DNA from: Chloropicon primus
Lineage: Eukaryota
Assembly (NCBI GenBank): GCA_023205875.1
Contig: CP060757.1
Coordinates: 558,001-622,000 of the forward strand
Direction of reading: 5' to 3'
Length of the DNA: 64,000 bases
Positions 42,075-52,275 of the stretch are shown here, piece after piece (within the stretch, counting starts at the first letter, position 1; each line of letters begins with the position of its first letter). The notes beneath the pieces are model-generated. The model made no database searches. It saw nothing but the letters and a program-made list of their open reading frames with translations, and was not told the DNA's origin. The translations under genes and the position numbers were made by a program.

Positions 42075-42364
42075 TCGAACCAAACCAAACCAAACAACAC
42101 GCCTTCCCTTGTCCCCGTCTCTGGTCCAGGGACAGATCCCTTCATCCCAAGGAAAGTTTTGTGACCACCCGTTATGGCGATGCTTGCAGCAGCGAAAGCG
42201 TCCACGGTCCCGAACCCACTTCAGTCCCTGACGACGAAGATGAATCCATTGAGTCCGGACCCTGCGGAAGCGATGCCTGCGCGGCTGGAGCTGGGCCGGA
42301 AGACATCGAGACGGGCGTCGGGCATCGTGAGGAGAAGAATGAGGCAGCCGAGTCAGCCAAGCCT

Positions 42365-43045
42365 ATGCATCGAAAGGTCTTGGATGCTTTCCTGAAGATG
42401 GACCTTGGGGACAAACTTCTGGCTTTCATCGGGGGAGGTTGTCTCGCGGCTGCCGTCGTATGCCTGCTCACGAGCAAGCTGGTCAGCATCGGGTTCTTCG
42501 TCGCATTCCTCGCCATCATGTGGTGCTTCAAGAGGATCAACACCCTTGAGTTGTACCGAACCCTTGCGGAGTCTGTGACCAACCTGCAAGAGGAGAACGA
42601 GGACCTGAAGGGCCACGTGGGCAACCTTGAGAAGCAGAACAACGAGCTGGAGCAAAACGTCGATGAGTTGGGAGAATTGAAGGAAGATTTGGGAAGAGGG
42701 AGCGTGGGCAAGGAAGGCAGCAGCATGTCAACGAAGAGCGAGAAAGGCGAACAAATGTGCAAGAACCTGACGGACCTGATGTACGGGAAGTACAAGAGCG
42801 AGAACCAGCGACACAAGGAGCTCCTGGAGCAGCAGAGCGACTTTCACTTTTTCCAGATCTTGCAGCACTTCGATCAAGACTATAACGGGGCCATCGCAGG
42901 AGAAGAGATTGATGCTCTGATAAAATACCTTGGAAACAAGTATGGCGAAGCGTTTGACGAGGCCGTGATCAGAGGCATGGGCTCGACGATTCCTATGAAG
43001 GGCCTCAAGGAAGTTCTGATGAAGATACCAAAGGCTGTAGTTTGA
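42365..43045 (+). CDS. Membrane protein with coiled coil and EF-hand-like motif (frame open upstream to 42023; true start uncertain)
   Basis: Two TM helices, heptad region, FDQDYNGAIAGEE. Confidence 0.65.
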   Translation: MHRKVLDAFLKMDLGDKLLAFIGGGCLAAAVVCLLTSKLVSIGFFVAFLAIMWCFKRINTLELYRTLAESVTNLQEENEDLKGHVGNLEKQNNELEQNVDELGELKEDLGRGSVGKEGSSMSTKSEKGEQMCKNLTDLMYGKYKSENQRHKELLEQQSDFHFFQILQHFDQDYNGAIAGEEIDALIKYLGNKYGEAFDEAVIRGMGSTIPMKGLKEVLMKIPKAVV

Positions 43046-43119
43046 TATGATATTTAGTTTTTAATACAACACGGGGGACGCGCAAAGAGTTGCAAGCGTG
43101 GTAAACGACTGCCACCCGC

Positions 43120-44091
43120 TCACATGGGAGAGGGCGGCTTCAAGCGGCTCAGTGTCTCGGGCAAGGGGGCGCCGGCCATCTCGCACGCCGTTTCGACGAT
43201 GGGGTTGAAGTGGACGGACTTTTTGCGTTGTGGGCTCTCGTTGTTCTGCTGTATGACGCCGCGTGGTGACAACGTCAAAGGGTTGGGAATCCCCTCCTCA
43301 TACTCCTGAATTGACTTCTTTGGAGCAGGCCTCGTGACCTGACCTTGGTCGACCGAGTTCCTCGTGTAGCGTCGTTGAATCGAGCACAGCTGCATTGCTG
43401 CAGGATTTTTCGCCATCTTCTCGGCCTCCAAGATCCCTTCGTTCCCCTCGTGGAACACGACGAGGAACTTGAGTGCCTTCATCAGCCGCGAGTGCCTGGT
43501 CGCCAAGAAAGCGAAAGAGAACTTCTTTGCCCTGAACCTCCGCGTGAGCTCGGAGCACCTTCTCTCCATCTCGACGTTCTTGAAGTGGTCCACGAGGACA
43601 TACAGCAGTGAGCACCCAAAGAGGAATATCATGACAGCGACGATTATGCCGATCTCCATCGTTCCCTTGGCACTCCCGGAGCCTTGAGCCTTGTCCACCG
43701 TCTGGTAGATAAGCAGTACGATTGTAGTCAGCCCCAGGAGCGAGACCACGGCAGGTACAAAGTTGTGCAGGAACGGCAAATTAATGTGGTTCTTCAGTCC
43801 CTCGTTGAGGAATGCTCGGCACTCCTTCCACTCCTCCTCCTCCATCTTGCCGTGCAAGCCTGGGAGTTCGCAAAAGCACGGAACAGAAACTGGGTTCCTC
43901 CTGTCTTCCGCACTCTCAAACCCGGACACCGGGACTATTGTCTGCTTCTCGTCAGTGACTGGGACTGGGACTCCACTCGCACTCTCATTCTCTTCGTCGT
44001 CCAAAAGCTTCTTCGAGTGGTAGACCGGCCCGTACGCGTACAACTCCTTGGGAACCAAGTGACGTACGAACCCTGCTAGCAACGTTCTCAT
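43120..44091 (-). CDS. Hypothetical two-TM protein
   Basis: 323-aa ORF from ATG 44091 with two hydrophobic helices. Confidence 0.65.
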   Translation of the reverse strand: MRTLLAGFVRHLVPKELYAYGPVYHSKKLLDDEENESASGVPVPVTDEKQTIVPVSGFESAEDRRNPVSVPCFCELPGLHGKMEEEEWKECRAFLNEGLKNHINLPFLHNFVPAVVSLLGLTTIVLLIYQTVDKAQGSGSAKGTMEIGIIVAVMIFLFGCSLLYVLVDHFKNVEMERRCSELTRRFRAKKFSFAFLATRHSRLMKALKFLVVFHEGNEGILEAEKMAKNPAAMQLCSIQRRYTRNSVDQGQVTRPAPKKSIQEYEEGIPNPLTLSPRGVIQQNNESPQRKKSVHFNPIVETACEMAGAPLPETLSRLKPPSPM

Positions 44092-44417
44092 GATTCCACA
44101 CTTCTTGACAACGCAACACAACACAACACAACACAAGCCAAGACGAAGACCACTTCTTCCAGCTTCGAAGCTGTCGCGCCACGATTTCGAACGGCTCCTA
44201 TGAAGGGGAACAGAGAGAGAGAGAGGTGAGGTGACGAGGAGGAGGACGAGGAGGAGCGAAGGTGGGGTGGTGAGAGGAGGAAGGGGAAGAAGGATCGCCT
44301 CGTTCTTCACTCGCCTCACGCGTTCTTGTTCGAAAAGGAATGCCGTCCTGGGACTCGGGATTCAGTAACTGATTGGAATCCTCGTTTTGTTTTTTGGTGT
44401 TTGGGTTTGGCGTAGGC

Positions 44418-44447
<30 letters not shown>
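44418..44447. repeat. (GT)n microsatellite (one of many; others at 184-212, 52184-52213, 59501-59533)
   Basis: Seen directly in spacers and introns. Confidence 0.9.
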
Positions 44448-44448
<1 letters not shown>

Positions 44449-44572
44449 GAGGGACTGAGGCGAAAGAACATGTCGTGGCCTTGCAACTTGCGTGTCGATC
44501 GATCTTGTGAAGGTCCGTGGCGGCGGAGATGTGCAACGTTCTCATAGAAAGGTCGGCGAGGTGCTCTGGAGA

Positions 44573-46378
44573 ATGGGGACCGACGAAGGAAAGAGCGTCG
44601 AGCTCGCGGCCGGAAGCCCGTACGGCCTTGCGAACCGAAAAGATAAGCTGAGGGCTGAAAGCGCGTACGACCGAATCGATATCGAGCACGAGAACGAGCC
44701 GGAGGCCTCGACGTCTCAGGATGACACTTTTCTCCTGCCACACAAGCGAAGGGGGGAAGAGGAGGAGGCGCGGCCGCGTGGCTCTCAGTGGGTGTACTGC
44801 GGGTTTCTCCTCGCCGGTCCGGCCGTGTTCGGCCTGTCCTTCATATCCCGCGGCAAGGAACTGCCGACGGCTGCGCTCGTGCTTTGGGTCGCCTTGTGGT
44901 GGGTCACTGAAATCTTGCCTCTGGGCCTGACAGCGTTCGTGCCCGCGGTGGTCTTGCCGCTCATGGGGGTGTGCAAAGCGACCGAGGTCACCGCGTGCTA
45001 CATGAACCCCACAATCATGCTGTTCGTCCAGTCGTTCCTCCTTGCGAGCTGCGTTCACAAGTACAACCTCCACAAGAGGGTGGCTCTGAACGTCATGCTG
45101 ATCACGGGGACCAAGCCGGGAGGGATTCTCTTGGGGTCGATCATGATAACGGCGACGCTGTCCATGTGGATGAGCAACACCTCGACCTCAGCAATGATGG
45201 TCCCGCTTGTCATGAGCTTGTACGAGACCCTGATCAAGAGGGAGAAAGACGAGGAAGCGCCGCTGGAGAGATCGGGAGAGAACGGGGGGGCAACGAACTC
45301 TGCGATTGGGAATGGGGACGAGCGCAGAGGCTCAGAGGTCAGCAGCAGCGAGGACGTTGGGAGGAGGAGGAAGGACGCCGAGAAATTCGGCAAGGGCCTG
45401 ATGCTTTCGGTCGCGTACTCGGCTTCGATCGGGGGGACTGCCACGCCAATAGGCACGGGTCCCAACCTCGTGCTCATGCAGACCTGGGAGAACACTTTCG
45501 GCGAGAGTCCAGGCTTCCTGAGCTGGCTGGGCTTCGGGTTCACCTACGCCGCCCTGATGCTTGCCGTCCTTTGGACGTACCTGTACTTCTTCTTCACGAC
45601 CAAGGAGCTGCCGAGGGCGACGGACACCCAGCTTCGATCCATGCTCAGGGACCTCGGGCCGTATTCGTTCCCGGAAAAGGTGGTGACAAGCTCCATCTTG
45701 ATTGTCATGTTCCTGTGGATGACGAGAAAGAAGCCGCTTTGGGGTTGGGGGGATGCCCTCAAAGCTGGCGGGGCCTCTGTGCACGACTACATGCCCGTGA
45801 TGGCCGCGGCAATCCTTCTGAGCGTGGTGCCGGAGACCAACCCCTTTGGGAGGAAGGGAAAGGGTCTGGGCAGGAAGGGAAAGAAAATTTTAGACATGTC
45901 AGCCTTCAGAGACGTTTCCTGGGGGGTCGTGTTTCTGCTCGGGGGAGGGTTCGCCCTGAGCCTGGGGATAGAGAGGAGCGGACTCATGGAGAACATCACG
46001 TCTGCCCTGGAGTTTCTCAAGGCTCACGTGGGCAAATTCGTTTTCCCTTTGCTGATCGCGAGCAGCGTCACTTTCGCGACGGAATTTGTATCGAACGTCG
46101 CCATGAGCACGATCATTCTGCCGGTTCTCGCGAACATCGGGGCTGAGACCGCGAACCTTGGGCTGATCCCCGCGGCTCTGGCCTGCAGCTGCGCGTTCAT
46201 GCTCCCGTCCGCCACCCCCCCAAATGCCTTGGCTTATGGCAGCGGTCTGCTGAGCGTGTACCCCGACATGGTTTGGAGTGGGTTGGTGATGAACGTGACG
46301 GGAATCACCCTGATAACTTTCTGGAGCGTGTTCGTCGCTCCGATCTTCTTTCCGGAGAACTCGACCGGGCCGGGCTAA
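44573..46378 (+). CDS. SLC13/DASS family di/tricarboxylate or sulfate transporter
   Basis: WWVTEILP, LSMWMSNT, AYSASIGG..T..GTGPN, LLGGGFAL, TEFVSNVA, AFMLP.ATPPNA. Confidence 0.93.
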   Translation: MGTDEGKSVELAAGSPYGLANRKDKLRAESAYDRIDIEHENEPEASTSQDDTFLLPHKRRGEEEEARPRGSQWVYCGFLLAGPAVFGLSFISRGKELPTAALVLWVALWWVTEILPLGLTAFVPAVVLPLMGVCKATEVTACYMNPTIMLFVQSFLLASCVHKYNLHKRVALNVMLITGTKPGGILLGSIMITATLSMWMSNTSTSAMMVPLVMSLYETLIKREKDEEAPLERSGENGGATNSAIGNGDERRGSEVSSSEDVGRRRKDAEKFGKGLMLSVAYSASIGGTATPIGTGPNLVLMQTWENTFGESPGFLSWLGFGFTYAALMLAVLWTYLYFFFTTKELPRATDTQLRSMLRDLGPYSFPEKVVTSSILIVMFLWMTRKKPLWGWGDALKAGGASVHDYMPVMAAAILLSVVPETNPFGRKGKGLGRKGKKILDMSAFRDVSWGVVFLLGGGFALSLGIERSGLMENITSALEFLKAHVGKFVFPLLIASSVTFATEFVSNVAMSTIILPVLANIGAETANLGLIPAALACSCAFMLPSATPPNALAYGSGLLSVYPDMVWSGLVMNVTGITLITFWSVFVAPIFFPENSTGPG

Positions 46379-46465
46379 CAAATCAAGCTCCGTCACAAGT
46401 TTTTGTAATCGATTTCGTCGTCGCTGTGTATTACAAAGAATGCGGAACAACCATCCCGGGCGCGC

Positions 46466-47902
46466 TCACAAGGTCTTGAAGACCTCCTTGGCAGCCGCAA
46501 TGGTGAACTCGATGTCCTCGTCGGTGTGGGCTAAAGAGGTGAATCCAGCCTCGTACATGGACGGGGCGAGGTAGACTCCCTGCTCGAGCATTCCCCTGTG
46601 CCACCTACCGAACTTCTCCGCGTCGCTCGTGGCCGCCTCCTCAAAGTTGTTGACCGGGTTGGCGTTGAAGTAGAATCCGAACATGCCGCTGATGTTGCTT
46701 CCGGTGACCTCATGCCCTGCCTCCCTGGCAGCATCCATGATACCGTTGATGAGCTTGTTGGTGATTCTCTCCAAATGCTCGTAAGCCCCTGGCCTAGCAA
46801 GGATTTCCAGGGTCTTGATCCCCGCGGTCATGGCGAGGGGGTTGCCCGACAGGGTTCCGGCCTGGTACATGGGTCCCGCGGGGGCCACGGTCTGCATGAT
46901 CTCCTTCTTGCCGCCGTAGGCTCCGACTGGCAGTCCGCCCCCGATAACCTTTCCCATGGTGGTCAAGTCGGGAGTGATTCCAAAGTACTCCTGGGCGCAG
47001 CCCTTTGCGATCCTGAACCCGGTCATGACCTCGTCGAAGCACAGGAGAGCTCCCTCCTTCGCGGTGATCTCCCTCAGACCCTCTAGGAACTCCTTCTTTG
47101 GGGGGATGAAGCCAGAGTTACCCACGACTGGCTCCAAGATGACTCCCGCGATCTCGCCCTTGTTGGCCTCGAAGATCGCCTTGACCTCGTCCAAGTCGTT
47201 GTAAGTCGCGCACAGCGTAGTCGCAGTGGCGCTGGCGGGGACTCCGGGGGAGTCGGGGAGGCCGAGGGTGGCGACGCCGCTGCCGGCCTGAACGAGGAAG
47301 GAGTCGGCGTGCCCGTGGTAGCACCCGCTGAACTTGATGATCTTCTCGTTCCCGGTGTAGGCCCTCATGAGGCGGAGCACCGAGAGGCAGGCCTCGGTTC
47401 CGGAGGACACGAAGCGGACCATCTCCACGGAGGGTACCCTCTCGATCACGGCCTTGGCCATGGTGTTCTCCAGCTCGCAGGGCGCGCCGAAGGAGGACCC
47501 CTTCTCGATCGCGGCCTTCAGGGCGTCGTTCACCTCGTCGTTGGCGTGGCCCACGATCGCTGGGCCCCAGCTCCCCACGTAGTCCACGTACTTGTTTCCG
47601 TCGGCGTCAAAGGCGTAGGCCCCCTTCACCTTGTCGAAGACGATGGGCTGCCCACCGACGCTCTTGAAGGCCCTGACGGGGGAGTTCACTCCGCCGGGCA
47701 GCAAATCCTGGGCCTCGGCGAAGATCCTCTCGCTCTCCGCGGTGTTCAGCACGGGCGCCGCGGCGGCCTGGACCCTCTTGTTCGAGTGGGCCATCAACTT
47801 GGTCTGCCTCCTCGCCACGGTCCTCTGCTGCACCACCGCATTGGCCTGCTGCACCGCCTTGGCGCTCCCGCACTTCTGGCTCATTCTCGTCAACTCCTTC
47901 AT
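46466..47902 (-). CDS. hemL: Glutamate-1-semialdehyde 2,1-aminomutase (plastid)
   Basis: [56 protein letters not shown]. Confidence 0.97.
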   Translation of the reverse strand: MKELTRMSQKCGSAKAVQQANAVVQQRTVARRQTKLMAHSNKRVQAAAAPVLNTAESERIFAEAQDLLPGGVNSPVRAFKSVGGQPIVFDKVKGAYAFDADGNKYVDYVGSWGPAIVGHANDEVNDALKAAIEKGSSFGAPCELENTMAKAVIERVPSVEMVRFVSSGTEACLSVLRLMRAYTGNEKIIKFSGCYHGHADSFLVQAGSGVATLGLPDSPGVPASATATTLCATYNDLDEVKAIFEANKGEIAGVILEPVVGNSGFIPPKKEFLEGLREITAKEGALLCFDEVMTGFRIAKGCAQEYFGITPDLTTMGKVIGGGLPVGAYGGKKEIMQTVAPAGPMYQAGTLSGNPLAMTAGIKTLEILARPGAYEHLERITNKLINGIMDAAREAGHEVTGSNISGMFGFYFNANPVNNFEEAATSDAEKFGRWHRGMLEQGVYLAPSMYEAGFTSLAHTDEDIEFTIAAAKEVFKTL

Positions 47903-48600
47903 GCTTGCTGCTCCTGCGTCGTCGTCGTCGTCGTCGTCGTCGTCCTTGGGTGAGAGAAACAAGAGAGAGGCAGAGAGAGAGAGAGGGAGGGAGTGAGAGA
48001 GAGAGATTGCAGACGAAGACGAGGCTTTTGGTTCAGTCCCAAGTCCCTCCCTGTCGGACGATCGATTCCTTCTCTTCTGAGAAAAAAACGAAAACGAAAA
48101 CGGAAGCGAAGGAAACCAGGTAGCGGGTGGGCTCGCCTCGATCCCTCCGCGACCTCGTGCCACCACCGTGCCTCGTCCCTCACCTACCTCGCTGGTCCGT
48201 CGGCTCTGCTGTACACGTCCTCGTCCTCCACTTGGCCGCTTTTTTTTCTTCTGGATAGGACAAGAGCCAATGAGAGACCAGATCTTGAGATCGGCGGAAG
48301 AGGAGGCTGGCTGCAGGAGGGGGGACGATCAAGAGGGCAAGGCAAGACGGGGAAGGAACAGCAACAGCGAAAGGAAGATGGAGCTAAAGATCGTGACAGC
48401 CGATCTATGCGTTGTTAAGAATGCCTCTCGGTGGATGGATGCCACTCGCGTCGAATCATCAGAGGAATCAATCACTCCAGGCGAAGGACTCCGGCAGTCC
48501 TCCTCCTCATTCCGGGAAAGAGTCGCTCTGCTGGAATTCAATCCTCTCCCCCTGCTAAATTCGTCCCGCAATAGTCGATGCCGTCTCTTTCATCATTCTC

Positions 48601-48803
48601 CTCTCAGTCCTCGCGCTCTCCAGCACCATCCGATCCACGCACCACCCCTTTGAGCTCCTTCGATAGGTTACAGCCAAGCCCGCTGCTGTGGAGGCCTGAG
48701 CGTGTTGCAGGGTTCGAGCCTGTTCCCACGACCCTGCCCCTCTTCCTTCCTTGTCCTCCACTCGCCCCTCCTCCACGGAAACGAAGGAGACCTGAAAAAA
48801 CAA
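48601..48803 (-). pseudogene. Internally deleted partial copy of the sulfotransferase gene at 58035-59288
   Basis: 48639-48794 matches 59025-59180 (1 mismatch seen); 48601-48635 matches the parent's 3' end (~58032-58073). Confidence 0.85.
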
Positions 48804-49206
48804 CGAATCCCTCCGTGCGTTACTCTTTTCCAAGCAATAATGATAATGACAACAGGATCCGTCCGTCGTGTCTCTCCAGCGACGACTCGACTCGAAAGAG
48901 CAAGAGATTCCCCTTCTTGTTCTTTGTTCTTCCGTCCTCTCCTCCTCTCCCCCTCCTTGATCGCCCTCCTGCCTCATCCACAATCTCAACCGAGAGAGAG
49001 AGAGCAGACTTCTGGTTCAGGACCGGGCCGGACGGACTGAGGGACTTGTTGAGCCGCGAGCCTTGGCATCGCGCGAGGAGGCAAGGCTTCCCATCGTCGA
49101 GCTTTGCTGCTGCTGTGACGTCGCTCGCTCGACTCCTTTCGCGAGAAGGTCACAGGAGAAGGCACCGGGCGTCGACGGAAGCTTGGAAGGTTTTGGGTTG
49201 CAGAGT

Positions 49207-50592
49207 ATGACGACGACGACGACGACGACGATGGTGCAGTGCTCGCGAAGCCGTTGGGGGTGTCCGAGGGGAGGGTTCAGGGGCGCCTCGTCGGTCGCCG
49301 CGCGATCGGCGGCGCAGGGCACGAGCCCCCGACTGACGGCCGAGGACGTGGCGGGCATCAGGAGGGAGTTCCCCATCTTGGAGAGGGAGGTGCACGGGGA
49401 CAAGCGGCTGGTGTACCTGGACAACGCGGCGACGTCCCAGAAGCCGAGGAGGGTTCTTGGCGCAATGGAGGACTACTACGCGGACTACAACTCGAACGTT
49501 CACAGGGGCGTCCACGCGCTGAGCGCCAAGGCGACGGAGAGGTATGAAGAGGCCAGGGACAAGGTGGCCCGGTTCGTCGGCGCCGAGTCTTCGCGGGAGA
49601 TCGTGTTCACCAGGAACGCGAGCGAGGCCATCAACCTCGTGGCTTACACTTGGGGGGAGGAGAACCTGGGGGAGGGAGACGAGGTCGTGCTGACGGTCGC
49701 GGAGCACCACAGCAACATCGTTCCCTGGCAGATCCTGAGCAGGAGGAAGAAGTTCACTCTCAAGTACGTCCGCCTCGACGAGGCGTCGCAGACCCTGGAC
49801 CTGGAGGGCCTGGGGGAGGCCATCGGGCCGAGAACCAAGCTCGTCACCGTGGGGCACGTGAGCAACGTCCTGGGGTGCGTCAACCCGGTCGGCGACATCG
49901 TGGCCCTGGCGCGGAGCGGGGGCCACCCGGGGTGCAAGGTGCTCCTGGACGCCTGCCAGTCGGTGCCCCACATGCCGGTGAACTTCAGCGAGCTCCAGGT
50001 GGACTTCGCCGTGTGCTCGGGCCACAAGATGTGCGCTCCCACCGGGATAGGCTTCCTGTGGGGAAAGATGGAGGTCCTCGAGGCGATGCCGCCTTTCATG
50101 GGAGGGGGGGAGATGATCCAAGACGTCTTTGAGTCCCACAGCACTTTTGCCAGGCCGCCGGGGAAGTTCGAGGCCGGTACCCCGGCCATCTGCGAAGCGA
50201 TTGGCCTGGGGGCCGCTTGCGACTACCTGAGCGACATCGGGATGCACCGGCTCGAGGAATTCGAGCTGGAGATGGGGACGTACATGTACGAGGAGTTGGA
50301 GAAGAACATCGAGGGGATCGAAATTTATGGCCCGAGCCCCAAGCAGGCACCGAGGGCCGCGCTGGCGGCCTTCAACGTGGAAGGGCTCCACGCCACGGAC
50401 ATCTCGATGATCTTGGACCAGTACGGCATCGCGGTGAGGTCGGGCCACCACTGCACGCAGCCTCTGCACCACCACCTCGGCATCAACGCCAGCGCGAGGG
50501 CTTCGCTGTACATGTACAACACGAAGGAGGAAATAGACCAGTTCGTCGCGAAGCTCAAGGACACGATCGACTTTTTCGGACAGGCTTCCTGA
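49207..50592 (+). CDS. sufS: Plastid cysteine desulfurase (SufS/NFS2)
   Basis: [47 protein letters not shown]. Confidence 0.96.
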   Translation: MTTTTTTTMVQCSRSRWGCPRGGFRGASSVAARSAAQGTSPRLTAEDVAGIRREFPILEREVHGDKRLVYLDNAATSQKPRRVLGAMEDYYADYNSNVHRGVHALSAKATERYEEARDKVARFVGAESSREIVFTRNASEAINLVAYTWGEENLGEGDEVVLTVAEHHSNIVPWQILSRRKKFTLKYVRLDEASQTLDLEGLGEAIGPRTKLVTVGHVSNVLGCVNPVGDIVALARSGGHPGCKVLLDACQSVPHMPVNFSELQVDFAVCSGHKMCAPTGIGFLWGKMEVLEAMPPFMGGGEMIQDVFESHSTFARPPGKFEAGTPAICEAIGLGAACDYLSDIGMHRLEEFELEMGTYMYEELEKNIEGIEIYGPSPKQAPRAALAAFNVEGLHATDISMILDQYGIAVRSGHHCTQPLHHHLGINASARASLYMYNTKEEIDQFVAKLKDTIDFFGQAS

Positions 50593-50734
50593 GAGAGAGG
50601 GGGGGGAGAGAGCACGACGGGAGGTTTTGCGCATTAGTGCTCGAAAATTTGTTACAATTGTTAATTCTTGTGTGTCTTTGTCTTTGGGGGAGGACCAAGC
50701 CAGCCAGGGTGTCGTCGTGGTCCTCCTCGTCGAA

Positions 50735-51589
50735 CTAATATATTGATACAGCGCCCTCGGGCACGGTAAGGTTCTCCTTCGTCTTCGGTTTGTGGCTCAA
50801 TTTCGAGAGCTTGTTCTTCTCGTCAAACGCAAACGTGCTGTCGAACTTTCCAAACTCCACGTGCTCGATCGCGGCCCCGCAGAGCGGGCAGCCCATGTTC
50901 TGCTTGCACAGCCCCGTGGCGCACTTGGTGCAAAGCACAGCGTGCAAGCAAGGGTGGAGCCTGGTCTCCCTGTGATTCTCTAGACATACAACACAATAGC
51001 GGTTCTCCTCGATCAGGCCAGCCTTCTCCAGATCTGCCAGCGACTTCTCCATATCCCCAAGCTTTTGATAGATGGAGGACCTGAGCTGGTAGGCTTCGAT
51101 GTGCTCTGGATACTTCTCCACCAGCACGGTCAGGTCACTCAGTGCGTCGTTGAGCTCTCCCTGCTCCTTGTAAATCGTGGCTCTCACGAAGTACGCCATC
51201 TGCAGGTACGTTCCCAGTTTAATGGCCACGGTCAGGTCTTCCACCGCCTTTCCGAGCTCTTTCAATTTGTAGTACGCCAGGCCCCTCTCGAGGTAGACCC
51301 TCTCCAAGTCCTCCTTGTAAAGCAAAGCCTTGGAATAAGCTTCAATGGCTTCTGTGAAGTTCGACTTCTCAACGAGAGCATTCCCGTGCAGGAGGAGGCG
51401 AGTCGCCGTCTGCTCCGCCGTCACAGCGGGGTTCTCCTCGTCCCTCTGTCTGTAGCTAGAGGTCGTCCTCGTCCTCACGTAATGCCCGTCGAGCCTCCCT
51501 GCCGAGTTATAGTGCACCTGCCTGCCCGACATGTTGTACCGGGCATCCTCAAAGGCGCTCTCCCCGTGCTGTGAAATTCCGCAACCCAT
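50735..51589 (-). CDS. TPR-repeat and C3HC4 RING protein with putative N-myristoylation/palmitoylation (MGCG.S)
   Basis: TPR helices; CVVC..LHPCLHAVLC..C..CPLC. Confidence 0.85.
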   Translation of the reverse strand: MGCGISQHGESAFEDARYNMSGRQVHYNSAGRLDGHYVRTRTTSSYRQRDEENPAVTAEQTATRLLLHGNALVEKSNFTEAIEAYSKALLYKEDLERVYLERGLAYYKLKELGKAVEDLTVAIKLGTYLQMAYFVRATIYKEQGELNDALSDLTVLVEKYPEHIEAYQLRSSIYQKLGDMEKSLADLEKAGLIEENRYCVVCLENHRETRLHPCLHAVLCTKCATGLCKQNMGCPLCGAAIEHVEFGKFDSTFAFDEKNKLSKLSHKPKTKENLTVPEGAVSIY

Positions 51590-52180
51590 TCTTCACTCTC
51601 CTCTCCTCTTTCACGCACGCACGCAAACACACACACACACACACACAAGAGAGAGACAACACTATCCGTCCGTCCGTCTCACCGTGTTCCTGTCCCTCTC
51701 CCCCCTTCTCTCTCTTCCGTGGACTTGGTTGTCCAACCCGATACCTTCGACTCTACCAGAGCCTTGTTTGCATCATATGCCGCGGAGGCACCAACACCAC
51801 TCGAACCCGCTTGCCCTTGCGCTTGCGCTTGCCCCTTCCCTCACGACCTGGGTACCTGCACTCACGACTCCAGTCCCCTTGTCCTCGTCCTGCACCCTCT
51901 CAACGGCTAATCTAATCTGTCGCTCTTGACAATCGTATACATCGTAGAATCGTATAAAGATGGCGCGAGGACTCGGGGGGGGAGAGACGTTGTTGGACCT
52001 CGGACATTGACATCAAAGATCAAGTCTCTTCGACAGATGACATCAATTCTCCTCAAGAATTGTCGCTCCTGCTCCTGCTCTGGCTTGGCTTGGCGTTTCG
52101 ATTCGCATGGGGGAGGGCCGGCACTACAATCGAAGGTACTTCAGTAACGAGGCGGCAAAAACCCAAGAGGTGGGCTGGCG

Positions 52181-52216
<36 letters not shown>

Positions 52217-52275
52217 TTGTGTTGTGTTGTGTTGTGTTGTGTTGTTTCGATTGAAGGGTTGTTGCTTTTGTTAGG

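Noticed and set aside
51590..52275. Hidden gene in the TPR-RING/GluRS spacer
   Set aside because: Only microsatellites and possible UTR-intron signals; no convincing ORF or RNA fold.
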